Origin: Arcobacteraceae bacterium
Lineage (GTDB): Bacteria; Campylobacterota; Campylobacteria; Campylobacterales; Arcobacteraceae
Length of the DNA stretch: 64,000 nucleotides
NCBI GenBank assembly: GCA_963662945.1
Contig: OY759974.1
Span: 1,344,001-1,408,000, forward strand
Direction of reading: 5' to 3'
In this document: positions 39,288 to 47,891 of the stretch, in pieces
Position numbering within the stretch: the stretch's first letter is position 1
Layout: each line of letters opens with the position of its first letter
Position numbers and translations under genes: made by a program
Notes under the pieces: model-generated
What the model was told of the DNA's origin: nothing
Database searches by the model: none
Seen by the model: only the letters and a program-made list of their open reading frames with translations

Positions 39288-40532
39288 TTATGACAATTTT
39301 AGATGTGCAATTGTCATAGTATAGACTTCACTTGTATTTTCCCCATCACTGACGGTATACATAACCTGAAAAGTTTCATAAGTAGGCAATCCTACGCTTG
39401 TAGGGTAAGCTACTGTTACATTGGTGCCTGACTGCGTCACAGTAATGGTGTAAGGAAGACCACCAACATGTCTTTTCCCCACAATATTTATTGTAAGTGC
39501 GTCGCCATCAGCATCATGGATGTGTGAACTTAAGTCTACAGTAACACTTTTGGTCCATCCTGCACTGACGGTGAAACTCTCTCCTGTAGGAGCAGAATTA
39601 CTTGGTTCTACATTTGGTTTTTGTCTGGGATTGAGACTTTTATTTAATCGTTGATTAAACTCATTGGAAGCCAACTCTTGTGCTTTAAAAGTGGCAGTAC
39701 TTACTTGGCTTTCAAAGAAGTCTCGGTTACTTAACGGATCATTTTCAATATCTTCATCATAAACAATTCCATAAGAGACAGAGTTTGAAGTATTTGCTTG
39801 AGCCATTAATATGGGTGACCAACTTTTTGAAGCAAAGGCATATTTTACTCCCAGTGTGATGCGATAATCGTTTTCATCGCTTTGCGTCGCATCGTTGTAT
39901 TGTACGAAGGTTCGTATATCTTCTATGGGATAATACGCTCCTTGCACAATCATACCTGAATAGTTGTTGTGATAAATATGTGAATTTTGGTATGTGAGCA
40001 TGGCTTCAAGAGTTCCCCAATCTTTGGTAAAATTGAGTTCATATTGACCCAAAGCTTCAATGTAAGCAGTGTTGGTATAACCATTGGCTTCATACGCATC
40101 ACGCAGTTTATTTCCCACATATCCAAGTTCTACGTTGTAGTTTTTATCATCTCCCCAACCAACAGAGGTTCCCAGTGTGTATTGCTTGATATCAATATTG
40201 TGTGTACCAAAGAGTATCTCTTTTTTTAAATACCCAAGTCCACCTTTAATATAAAAACTTTGTGGCAGAGCATATTTATAGACCCCATAGAGTTTTTGAT
40301 ACTGATCTCCATACTCTAAACCTGCTTGGCTTTGGTCATCTTTGTACTCAATTCCAAGTCCTGAGTAGGTTTCATCATTGCTTTTTTCACCCACACCAAA
40401 TACTTTTACCTCTGAGCCATTATCTTTAGAATTAAGAGAATAAAGATTATTTTCTAAAGTTTCTCCAAAGCTTATAGAAAAAGGGATAAAGAGGAAACTT
40501 AAAGAGACTAAGTAACGATTTGTTAATTTCAT
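39288..40532 (-). CDS. secreted/outer-membrane protein: putative N-terminal beta-barrel plus C-terminal Ig/cadherin-like domain
   Basis: Signal peptide; amphipathic strands ending RITLGVKYAF; C-terminal NSAPT...DLSSHIHDADGDALT...YTVSDG. Confidence 0.65.
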   Translation of the reverse strand: MKLTNRYLVSLSFLFIPFSISFGETLENNLYSLNSKDNGSEVKVFGVGEKSNDETYSGLGIEYKDDQSQAGLEYGDQYQKLYGVYKYALPQSFYIKGGLGYLKKEILFGTHNIDIKQYTLGTSVGWGDDKNYNVELGYVGNKLRDAYEANGYTNTAYIEALGQYELNFTKDWGTLEAMLTYQNSHIYHNNYSGMIVQGAYYPIEDIRTFVQYNDATQSDENDYRITLGVKYAFASKSWSPILMAQANTSNSVSYGIVYDEDIENDPLSNRDFFESQVSTATFKAQELASNEFNQRLNKSLNPRQKPNVEPSNSAPTGESFTVSAGWTKSVTVDLSSHIHDADGDALTINIVGKRHVGGLPYTITVTQSGTNVTVAYPTSVGLPTYETFQVMYTVSDGENTSEVYTMTIAHLKLS

Positions 40533-40583
40533 AATATATCCTTGAATAAGAAGAAGCTTACTTCTTCTTTCTTTTATTCAAGT

Positions 40584-40619
40584 ATTATATTAAGCTTGCG
40601 TTACTTTTATCGTTACTTT
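40584..40619 (-). promoter_or_regulatory. promoter with tandem AAAGTAACG boxes, inside the kinase 3' end
   Basis: Minus strand: AAAGTAACG-ata-AAAGTAACG-9 nt-TATAAT. Confidence 0.8.
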
Positions 40620-42471
40620 TTTGGATTTTGTTTTTAAACCATAAGGAGATATGTGTTCCATGATCAACTACTACTTGAAGTTTCCCCTCTAGTTGCTCAG
40701 TTGCAAGAGATTCTATCATCATCTCTCCAAAGGTTGCATTTGTATTATAAGTTTTTCCAATACCATTATCAGAAACCTCTAATAAGGTTCCATTATCTAC
40801 ACTATTTAGAGAAATTTTTATGATTCCACCTTTTGAGTCAAAAGCATGTTTTATGGCATTTGTAACCAGTTCATTGACTATAAGACCACAGTAAATAGCT
40901 TCTTCAGTGTCAAGAAAAGAGTTTATATCAAGTTCAAATGTGATATTTTCAAGTTCAAAGCTCTCTTTTATGTTTTGTAAGACTTTTTCAAAATACTCTT
41001 TTGCATCAATATTTACAAGGTTTTTCTGATTGTAAAGCATCTGATGAACTATACTCATAGCATGAATCTTTCTCTCCACATCATGAAGTTTTTCTTGAAT
41101 ATATTCATCTCCATTGTCATTAAGTTTAAGCGCATATAATGAAGTGATAAATTGCATATTATTCTTCACTCTATGGTGTAGTTCTTTTAATAAGAGTTCA
41201 TTTTGTTTTAATTCGTTGTTTAACTCTTGGGTTCTTGTGTTTACGATTTGTTCTAAACGCTTTGATTCATTTTGTTGTTGTACTAAAAGGGTTTGGGTTA
41301 AATCATTTTTTTTCTTCTCTAATGTTTTAATACGATATGCCAATGATATAGCGAACAAAATAACCTCTGCCATAATAAGAGTTTCAAAGGTATATTCAAA
41401 TATATATTTAATTGGAAGTATCCCCATATATTGAAAAAATAGTGAAAGCCATGCTATTAAAGCAAGACTCCACCCTAATAAGAAAAATTTTGCTTGGGGA
41501 TTTTTTTTGTATAAAGCATAAAATCCTATCCATAAAAAATAATATGGGGTAAAAAACTGAAAAATAACTACTTGGGGAATTGTAAAAATATTAGAGATTT
41601 GTAAAATAAAATATATAGGAATGATATAAAGAAGAAGCTTCAATGTAAAATCTATCTTAGGATAAAGAACAGTATCCAAAAATTTTCTTATAAACAAAGT
41701 CATGGTAAAAGTAACGAAAACATTTACATAAAAAACATTTACATATAAACTTTTTTTAACAAACTCCATATCATCCATAGGTAAAAGGTAAAGTTTTGGG
41801 TATATAGAAAATTGACTTTGTAATAAAGTTGCAATTAGATATAAAAAATAATACAGATAAATTTTATCTCTTGTAAAGATAAATAGAAAGATATTATATA
41901 AAACAAGAGAAAATATACCACCAAAAAAAAGTGCCCATATAATTTGATGAAAAGTATCTTCTTTATAAAAGACTTTTGGCTCATAAAGTTCTGGCTTGAA
42001 CCATAGGGAGAGTTTTTCATTTTTCACATTCAAATAATAAGTTTCAATAGTATTTGCATTTATATCAACTGGGATATTAAGTATAACTAAACCATGGAAT
42101 TTTTCAAGATGATGAATACCTGTTGTTTTCTTTGATAATACTTTTTTATCTGAAACTTTATATAGATCAATTCTTTCTGTAGATAGGTTATCGATTTTTA
42201 AAATTTTTTGTATAGACTTATTTGTAGTATTTTGAAGCTTAAATTTTATCCATACACCTTCAGGAACTAAATTGCAATAATCAATAACTTTTTTATTGGT
42301 AGTAATAAATTTATCATTTTTATTTAAAATACTGTTTATGGTTTCTTTGTTACCTATATCATGGTATATTTTGGAGTTGGGAAGTAAACTTATAGTCTGT
42401 TCAGTATTGACAAAAATCGTTGCTTGTAAGTTTACATATAAAGCAACTAATAAAATAATGATATAACGCAT
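40585..42471 (-). CDS. 7TM-DISM sensor histidine kinase (DISMED2 + 7TM + HisKA_2 + HATPase)
   Basis: Extracellular VWIKFKLQN domain, GGIFSLVLYNIFLF..RDKIYLYY 7TM, ELHHRVKNNMQ, NELVTNAIKHAF, SDNGIG. Confidence 0.92.
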   Translation of the reverse strand: MRYIIILLVALYVNLQATIFVNTEQTISLLPNSKIYHDIGNKETINSILNKNDKFITTNKKVIDYCNLVPEGVWIKFKLQNTTNKSIQKILKIDNLSTERIDLYKVSDKKVLSKKTTGIHHLEKFHGLVILNIPVDINANTIETYYLNVKNEKLSLWFKPELYEPKVFYKEDTFHQIIWALFFGGIFSLVLYNIFLFIFTRDKIYLYYFLYLIATLLQSQFSIYPKLYLLPMDDMEFVKKSLYVNVFYVNVFVTFTMTLFIRKFLDTVLYPKIDFTLKLLLYIIPIYFILQISNIFTIPQVVIFQFFTPYYFLWIGFYALYKKNPQAKFFLLGWSLALIAWLSLFFQYMGILPIKYIFEYTFETLIMAEVILFAISLAYRIKTLEKKKNDLTQTLLVQQQNESKRLEQIVNTRTQELNNELKQNELLLKELHHRVKNNMQFITSLYALKLNDNGDEYIQEKLHDVERKIHAMSIVHQMLYNQKNLVNIDAKEYFEKVLQNIKESFELENITFELDINSFLDTEEAIYCGLIVNELVTNAIKHAFDSKGGIIKISLNSVDNGTLLEVSDNGIGKTYNTNATFGEMMIESLATEQLEGKLQVVVDHGTHISLWFKNKIQKSNDKSNASLI

Positions 42472-42519
42472 AAAACTCTTTTTTATTAAATTTTAACATA
42501 AAAAAAGTGATATGTTTAC

Positions 42520-42555
42520 AATATAACGATAAATATAACGCAGAAGTGATAGAAT
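42520..42555 (+). promoter_or_regulatory. response regulator promoter with tandem AATATAACG boxes
   Basis: AATATAACG-ata-AATATAACG-9 nt-TAGAAT (extended TGnTAGAAT); ATG 6 nt after the -10 box. Confidence 0.75.
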
Positions 42556-42561
42556 AATAGT

Positions 42562-43233
42562 ATGAAAAAGGTAAATATATTAATCATAGAAGATACAACA
42601 TTAACTGCACAAAAAATGAAAAGAACATTAGAGTGGGCAGGATATCATGTGGTTGCTATTGCAAATAGAAGTGAGACTGCTTTAGAGGTAATGTTCAAAG
42701 AACATATTGATATTATTATTGCAGATATCAATATCAAAGGTGAACTCAATGGAATTGAAACAGCAAAACTTATCCAAAAGAACTTCAATATCCCAGTTAT
42801 ATTTTTAACTTCATATCATGATGATAATACACTCTCCGATGCTTCTAGCGTTAATTTCACAGGGTATATTGTAAAACCATATTTAGATGCACATCTTCTT
42901 CGAGAAGTAAAACTCGCCTCTTTTCGATTTGGACTTAATAATAAATTAGAACCAATTGAACTTAATAACGGATATATTTATGATATTCAAAATAAAGTTT
43001 TATTAAAAGATAATCAAGCAATAAACTTAACAAATAAAGAGGAACAATTTTTACATATATTAATACAAAATAAAAATCAAATTGTATCCAATGAATATGT
43101 AGATTTAGTGATATGGCATGAGTATAGCACTTATGATGAAAATCGTAGACAATTACTTTTTAGATTAAGAAAAAAAATACCTGATTTAGAGATACAAACT
43201 ATTAAAGGAGAAGGATATATCTTAAAAGTATAA
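42562..43233 (+). CDS. response regulator (REC + OmpR-type winged helix)
   Basis: ILIIED, IIADINIKG, FLTS, VKP; LTNKE...LLFRLRKKI..IKGEGY; divergent from the 7TM kinase. Confidence 0.92.
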   Translation: MKKVNILIIEDTTLTAQKMKRTLEWAGYHVVAIANRSETALEVMFKEHIDIIIADINIKGELNGIETAKLIQKNFNIPVIFLTSYHDDNTLSDASSVNFTGYIVKPYLDAHLLREVKLASFRFGLNNKLEPIELNNGYIYDIQNKVLLKDNQAINLTNKEEQFLHILIQNKNQIVSNEYVDLVIWHEYSTYDENRRQLLFRLRKKIPDLEIQTIKGEGYILKV

Positions 43234-43269
43234 ATAATTAGTCTTTTTAGATATATTACATTACTACCT

Positions 43270-44130
43270 CTACTCACTTTTTTTACTTAAATAGATAAAT
43301 AACCCTAAAGATATAATAAGAAAAGAAACTCCTCCTATTAAATAAACAGCATTTACCATTTGAGAATAATCATCAAGTGCAATTTTAAACACTACCATTA
43401 AAGACTCAATAAGAAGTGCGATGATAATGGTAATTGAAAATTTTGTAAGAACTTTATATTCCGCTTTACTATTTTTTGAATAACTTTTAAAAAACACTTC
43501 TTGTTCTAATACCGTTTTAGCAAGATCAAATATCGCTAAACCAAGTGTAACTGCAACGATTGGTTTAAAAATAGCTTCAATTGAAAAATGCGCTTTTATG
43601 ATAACTGCATTAATAAATTCAAAAAATGAATATCCAAGTGTAAATATAGATAAAAGTATCATCACCATAGAGATAAGGAAATAAAATCCTTTATTGACCA
43701 TATTAAATTGCTCATGAATCTCTACTAATCCAAGTCTTTGTAATAGTGAGGTCATCTTAAAATCTAAAAAGTAGATTTTGTCTTGTTCAAGTTTTGCAAC
43801 AGTAACACACGTCATACCAGATGCACTACTAATATATGGAGGTGAAACTGAAATACCATTTTCATTAAAATGGATTTTATTCATAAGATATTTTCTATTA
43901 ACACCATTTTGAGAATCACTTATTTTATCTTTGTAAATATTTGGTGAGCATTGGTTTAGAGTCTCTTTGTCACAAATATATATCAATTCTAATGATGGAA
44001 AAGTATTAAATAATTTTTCATACTGATTATGTTCTTGTAACTGTAGATGTCCTAAATTTCTTACGGTTTCTATTAAAAAGTTTTCAATATCTTCAGTATT
44101 TCTTTTATATGTTTCAATAAATTCTTGCAT
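43270..44130 (-). CDS. PDC/Cache-like sensor domain membrane protein (Campylobacterota PglG-like)
   Basis: Soluble N-terminal domain with SPPYISSASG; four C-terminal TM helices with LGLAIFDLAKTVLEQEV and IIALLIESLMVVFK. Confidence 0.65.
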   Translation of the reverse strand: MQEFIETYKRNTEDIENFLIETVRNLGHLQLQEHNQYEKLFNTFPSLELIYICDKETLNQCSPNIYKDKISDSQNGVNRKYLMNKIHFNENGISVSPPYISSASGMTCVTVAKLEQDKIYFLDFKMTSLLQRLGLVEIHEQFNMVNKGFYFLISMVMILLSIFTLGYSFFEFINAVIIKAHFSIEAIFKPIVAVTLGLAIFDLAKTVLEQEVFFKSYSKNSKAEYKVLTKFSITIIIALLIESLMVVFKIALDDYSQMVNAVYLIGGVSFLIISLGLFIYLSKKSE

Positions 44131-44281
44131 AGTAACTCCTCTTAATAATCTAATAACCCTATTTTACTCCAATTAGAAAATATAATTTTTATAATATTGT
44201 ATAGATTGTAATCAAAGAGAGTAAAAATGTTTAAAAGTAAAATTTAGATAAAATACAAAAAATAGATAAGAGGATTAGTGA

Positions 44282-45613
44282 ATGGTAGAAAGATACGCAC
44301 GAGAAGAGATGGCTCAACATTGGACGCAGCATGCAAGATATGCGGCGTGGCTAGAGGTTGAAAAAGCAGCTGTAAAGGCATGGAATAAAATAGGTCTTAT
44401 TCCAGATGAAGATTGTAAAAAAATTGTTAAAAATGCTACATTTTCTGTTGAAAGAATTGAGGAGATTGAAGCAGTTACAAAACACGATTTAATCGCTTTT
44501 AATACTAGCGTATCTGAGTCTTTGGGAGATGAGTCAAGATGGTTTCACTATGGTATGACTAGTTCTGATGCTGTTGATACAGGTGTTGCTTTACAAATGA
44601 GAGATTCTTTAAAAATTATTATTAAAGATGTAAAAATGCTTATGAAATCTATTAAAAAAAGAGCAAAAGAGCACAAATATACATTAATGGTTGGAAGAAG
44701 TCACGGTATTCACGGAGAGCCTATCACTTTTGGTCTTACTCTTGCAGTTTGGTATGATGAAATGGCAAGACATCTTAAAAACCTAAAAGAAACTATGAAA
44801 GTTATCTCAGTAGGTCAAATTAGTGGTGCAATGGGGAACTTCGCTCATGCACCATTAGAACTTGAAGAGTATGCAATGGCTGAATTAGGATTAAAACCTG
44901 AGCCTTGTTCAAATCAAGTTGTACATAGAGATAGATATGCAAGACTTGCAACTGCTTTAGCGCTTATGGCTTCTTCTATTGAAAAGTTTGCTGTTCAAGT
45001 ACGTCACTTACAAAGAACAGAAGTGTATGAATGTGAAGAGTTTTTTGCAAAAGGGCAAAAAGGAAGCTCTGCTATGCCACACAAAAGAAATCCTATTTTA
45101 ACTGAAAACATTACTGGACTTGCAAGAACAATTAGATCATTCGCAGCACCAGCTATGGAAAATGTAGCTTTATGGCATGAAAGAGATATCTCTCACTCTT
45201 CAAATGAAAGATTTTGGCTACCAGATGCTTTTATCACTACAGATTTTATGCTTCATAGAATGAATAGTGTTATTGCAAATCTTACAGTAATGCCTGAAAA
45301 TATGATGAGAAACCTTAATTTAACAGGTGGACTTGTATTTTCTCAAAGAGTATTATTAGAACTTCCAAAAGCTGGTGTTTCTAGAGAAGATGCTTATAAA
45401 ATTGTTCAAAGAAATGCTATGAAGGTATGGGAAGAGATACAACATGGTAAACCAACTACAAATAAAGATGGAGAGTCATTGTATCTAGGACATTTATTGG
45501 CTGATGAAGAGTTAAGAAGTAAACTTAGTGAAGAGCAAATCAGAGAATGTTTCAACTTCGAATACTACACAAAAAATGTAAATAACATCTTCAAACGAGT
45601 ATTTAAAAAATAG
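44282..45613 (+). CDS. purB: adenylosuccinate lyase
   Basis: HYGMTSSD, GRSHGIHGEP, GSSAMPHKRNP, LWHERDISHSS. Confidence 0.97.
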   Translation: MVERYAREEMAQHWTQHARYAAWLEVEKAAVKAWNKIGLIPDEDCKKIVKNATFSVERIEEIEAVTKHDLIAFNTSVSESLGDESRWFHYGMTSSDAVDTGVALQMRDSLKIIIKDVKMLMKSIKKRAKEHKYTLMVGRSHGIHGEPITFGLTLAVWYDEMARHLKNLKETMKVISVGQISGAMGNFAHAPLELEEYAMAELGLKPEPCSNQVVHRDRYARLATALALMASSIEKFAVQVRHLQRTEVYECEEFFAKGQKGSSAMPHKRNPILTENITGLARTIRSFAAPAMENVALWHERDISHSSNERFWLPDAFITTDFMLHRMNSVIANLTVMPENMMRNLNLTGGLVFSQRVLLELPKAGVSREDAYKIVQRNAMKVWEEIQHGKPTTNKDGESLYLGHLLADEELRSKLSEEQIRECFNFEYYTKNVNNIFKRVFKK

Positions 45614-45699
45614 TCTAATATTCCTATTACTTCGTTGAAGGTTTTCTCTTTACTACAGTAAAGAGAAAACCTTCACCTTGTACTAGAAACATTATACAA
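45611..45699. mobile_element. ERIC-like palindromic non-autonomous element (putative MITE)
   Basis: Perfect 19-bp inner IR (45636-45675) in imperfect outer arms; minus strand reads AAGGTG...TTAC-tgt-AGTAA...CAACGAAG; no U tract. Confidence 0.5.
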
Positions 45700-45718
45700 T
45701 TTTTTAGTGTTTTAATTT

Positions 45719-46321
45719 ATGAAAACATTTCTTTCTACTCAAAATAAATCTTTTACATTTAGTTCTTGTGATGGTTGTCCTGCTCGTTGTTGTGATGGAA
45801 GAGAGGGAAGTGTCTTTTCTCAACTTTTACTAGAAGACTTTGAAATAGTTTCACAAAACTTCCCAATTCTTTTTACTTTTGGCGATATGGGATATTTAAA
45901 AGCAAATGTATTACTTTCAAATGGAAAAGATTTTTGTCCTTATATTGTAAATCATCAATGTACCATCTATGAGAATCGTCCAAATGTTTGTAGAAACTAT
46001 CCATTAAGTGGAAATCTTGATAATCAAATTTATATCGATGATAGCTGTCCAGCAATTCATAGTGAATTTGGAAAAGATATTGTTATAGATGGGATAGTGC
46101 AAAAAAAGTTTGATAATGACTCACTTCATAACTATCAAGAGAAGTTTTTAGAGACACATCACTATCTAGAACAGTTCAATCATAAAGAAGATTTTGATAA
46201 AGTAATAACAATCAATAATATAGAGTTTTATAAGTATATAAAGCCTTCTAGTGATAGCTATATGAATTTACATATAAAGTCACTTGATAAACTTAATAAA
46301 GTGATAAAGGAAAAAATATGA
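45719..46321 (+). CDS. YkgJ-family cysteine-cluster (putative Fe-S/Zn) protein
   Basis: CDGCPARCC ... CPYI..QCTIYENRPNVCRNYP. Confidence 0.85.
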   Translation: MKTFLSTQNKSFTFSSCDGCPARCCDGREGSVFSQLLLEDFEIVSQNFPILFTFGDMGYLKANVLLSNGKDFCPYIVNHQCTIYENRPNVCRNYPLSGNLDNQIYIDDSCPAIHSEFGKDIVIDGIVQKKFDNDSLHNYQEKFLETHHYLEQFNHKEDFDKVITINNIEFYKYIKPSSDSYMNLHIKSLDKLNKVIKEKI

Positions 46322-46701
46322 CGTTAAATACACATCTAAAACTAGACAATAGTATCAATGGAAAAGTTATAGAATTAAGTAAAGATTATGCAAAAATTGA
46401 ACAAACCACAAAAGATTTTATGGTCGCAGATGAGGTTGGTTTAATTCATGGTGGTTTTACATTTTGTGCAGCTGATTTTTGTGCTATGGCTGTTGTAAAT
46501 GATCCAAATGTAGTGTTAGGAAAAAGTGAAACAAAATTTTTAGCACCTGTAAAGTTAGGAGATATTGTAGTTTTTGAGGGAAAAACTCTAGAAAAAGAGG
46601 GTAAAAAGTCAACTATAGAAGTTATAGCAACTGTGGATGAAAATATAGTATTTAAAGGGACTTTTTACACTATTACATTGGAAAAACATATTCTAGGATA
46701 G
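46318..46701 (+). CDS. PaaI-family hot-dog thioesterase
   Basis: GLIHGGFTFCAADFCAM, KFLAPVK. Confidence 0.88.
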   Translation: MTLNTHLKLDNSINGKVIELSKDYAKIEQTTKDFMVADEVGLIHGGFTFCAADFCAMAVVNDPNVVLGKSETKFLAPVKLGDIVVFEGKTLEKEGKKSTIEVIATVDENIVFKGTFYTITLEKHILG

Positions 46702-46709
46702 TTTAAAAC

Positions 46710-47888
46710 CTATTCTACAATATGTCCTACAAATTTAGAATTATTATCTAGTATTTTTCCACCTTTTCTAAAACCTAATCCACAAGCTTCATAAGAGTGA
46801 AATACACCAGCTTGATAATAGTTCCCCTTATTATCTTTTGGAAACTCTACATACTCTTGATAGATTGGTTTAAAGTTTCCATACTCTCCCTCTGTTTTGA
46901 GTTCTAAAGAGTTATTCTCATCAACTATAGCTATATTTGCACCTTCTCTACCAAAACACATCTTTTCTACTTGTTTTTTATTTTGAAGTGGTTCAAATGA
47001 TGTTTCTAGAAGTAGTGGATGATTTGGAAATAGATCCCAAAGTATTTTCATCATCCCTTTACTTTGAAAAAGTAGAGTATATGCTGGGTTTAGTATAATA
47101 GCTTTTTGATTTTCAAGAAGTTCTGTTAAAATCACAGCTAATTCCCCTTCTTGGATCCCTATCTCTTCCCAAGGGACAAGCTTGAACCAAAATTCATAGA
47201 GTTGGTCATCTAGTGAAATTCCATCGTCACTAAATTCTACATCTTCCACATAAGCAAATTCTGTTTGAAAGCCTATTTCACTTGCAATATGTTGTAAAAG
47301 TCTTGTAGTATGTTCCTCTTCTAAGCTTCCTGCAATAGATGAAAAAAGTATTTTCCAATTAAGTTTCTCATAATGTTTTGAAAAATCTTCAATATCACTA
47401 TCAAGTGTAATTATTCTTTTAAAATTATCACCAATTGCTTCATATAAAGAGTTAAATTGTTTTGTTTCATCAAAGCCATTAAATTTTAACATAGCCCATT
47501 GGATAATTGCAGTTTCAAAAAGAGCTGTTGGGGTATCTGCATTAAATTCAATAAGTTTTATAGGCTTGCCATCAATTCCACCAGCTAAATCAAATCTTCC
47601 ATAAAGATGCCAATGCACTTTATTGTTCCAAGATTCTTTAATAATCTCTACTAGATTAAAAGGGATATTAAGTTCATAGAAAAGATTGTTGTCAATCACA
47701 TATTGAGTAGATTTTTTATACATATCATAAAGTTCATTTGTTGCATCATAATAAGCTTCCGCTTCTGCTTCACTTATGATAACAAAGTCATTACTTATAT
47801 AAGAACTAGCATCTTTTTCTGTATGCCATAAAAAACCAATAGAGTCTAAAAATTCATTTGTAAGTGGTTGTAAAGATTGAAACTTCAT
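46710..47888 (-). CDS. glutathionylspermidine synthase-family ATP-grasp protein
   Basis: LYGRFDL, IEFNADTPT, FKLVPWE, NPAYTLLFQSK, FGREGANI. Confidence 0.92.
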   Translation of the reverse strand: MKFQSLQPLTNEFLDSIGFLWHTEKDASSYISNDFVIISEAEAEAYYDATNELYDMYKKSTQYVIDNNLFYELNIPFNLVEIIKESWNNKVHWHLYGRFDLAGGIDGKPIKLIEFNADTPTALFETAIIQWAMLKFNGFDETKQFNSLYEAIGDNFKRIITLDSDIEDFSKHYEKLNWKILFSSIAGSLEEEHTTRLLQHIASEIGFQTEFAYVEDVEFSDDGISLDDQLYEFWFKLVPWEEIGIQEGELAVILTELLENQKAIILNPAYTLLFQSKGMMKILWDLFPNHPLLLETSFEPLQNKKQVEKMCFGREGANIAIVDENNSLELKTEGEYGNFKPIYQEYVEFPKDNKGNYYQAGVFHSYEACGLGFRKGGKILDNNSKFVGHIVE

Positions 47889-47891
47889 CTC

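Noticed and set aside
13381-41720. Single AGTAACG half-sites (about 13384, 40511, 41710)
   Set aside because: Not tandem, inside coding sequence and with no correctly spaced -10 box
32622-43270. att sites, target duplication or integrase for the adhesin island
   Set aside because: No convincing direct repeat at the two junctions, and no integrase, transposase or tRNA; mobility cannot be claimed
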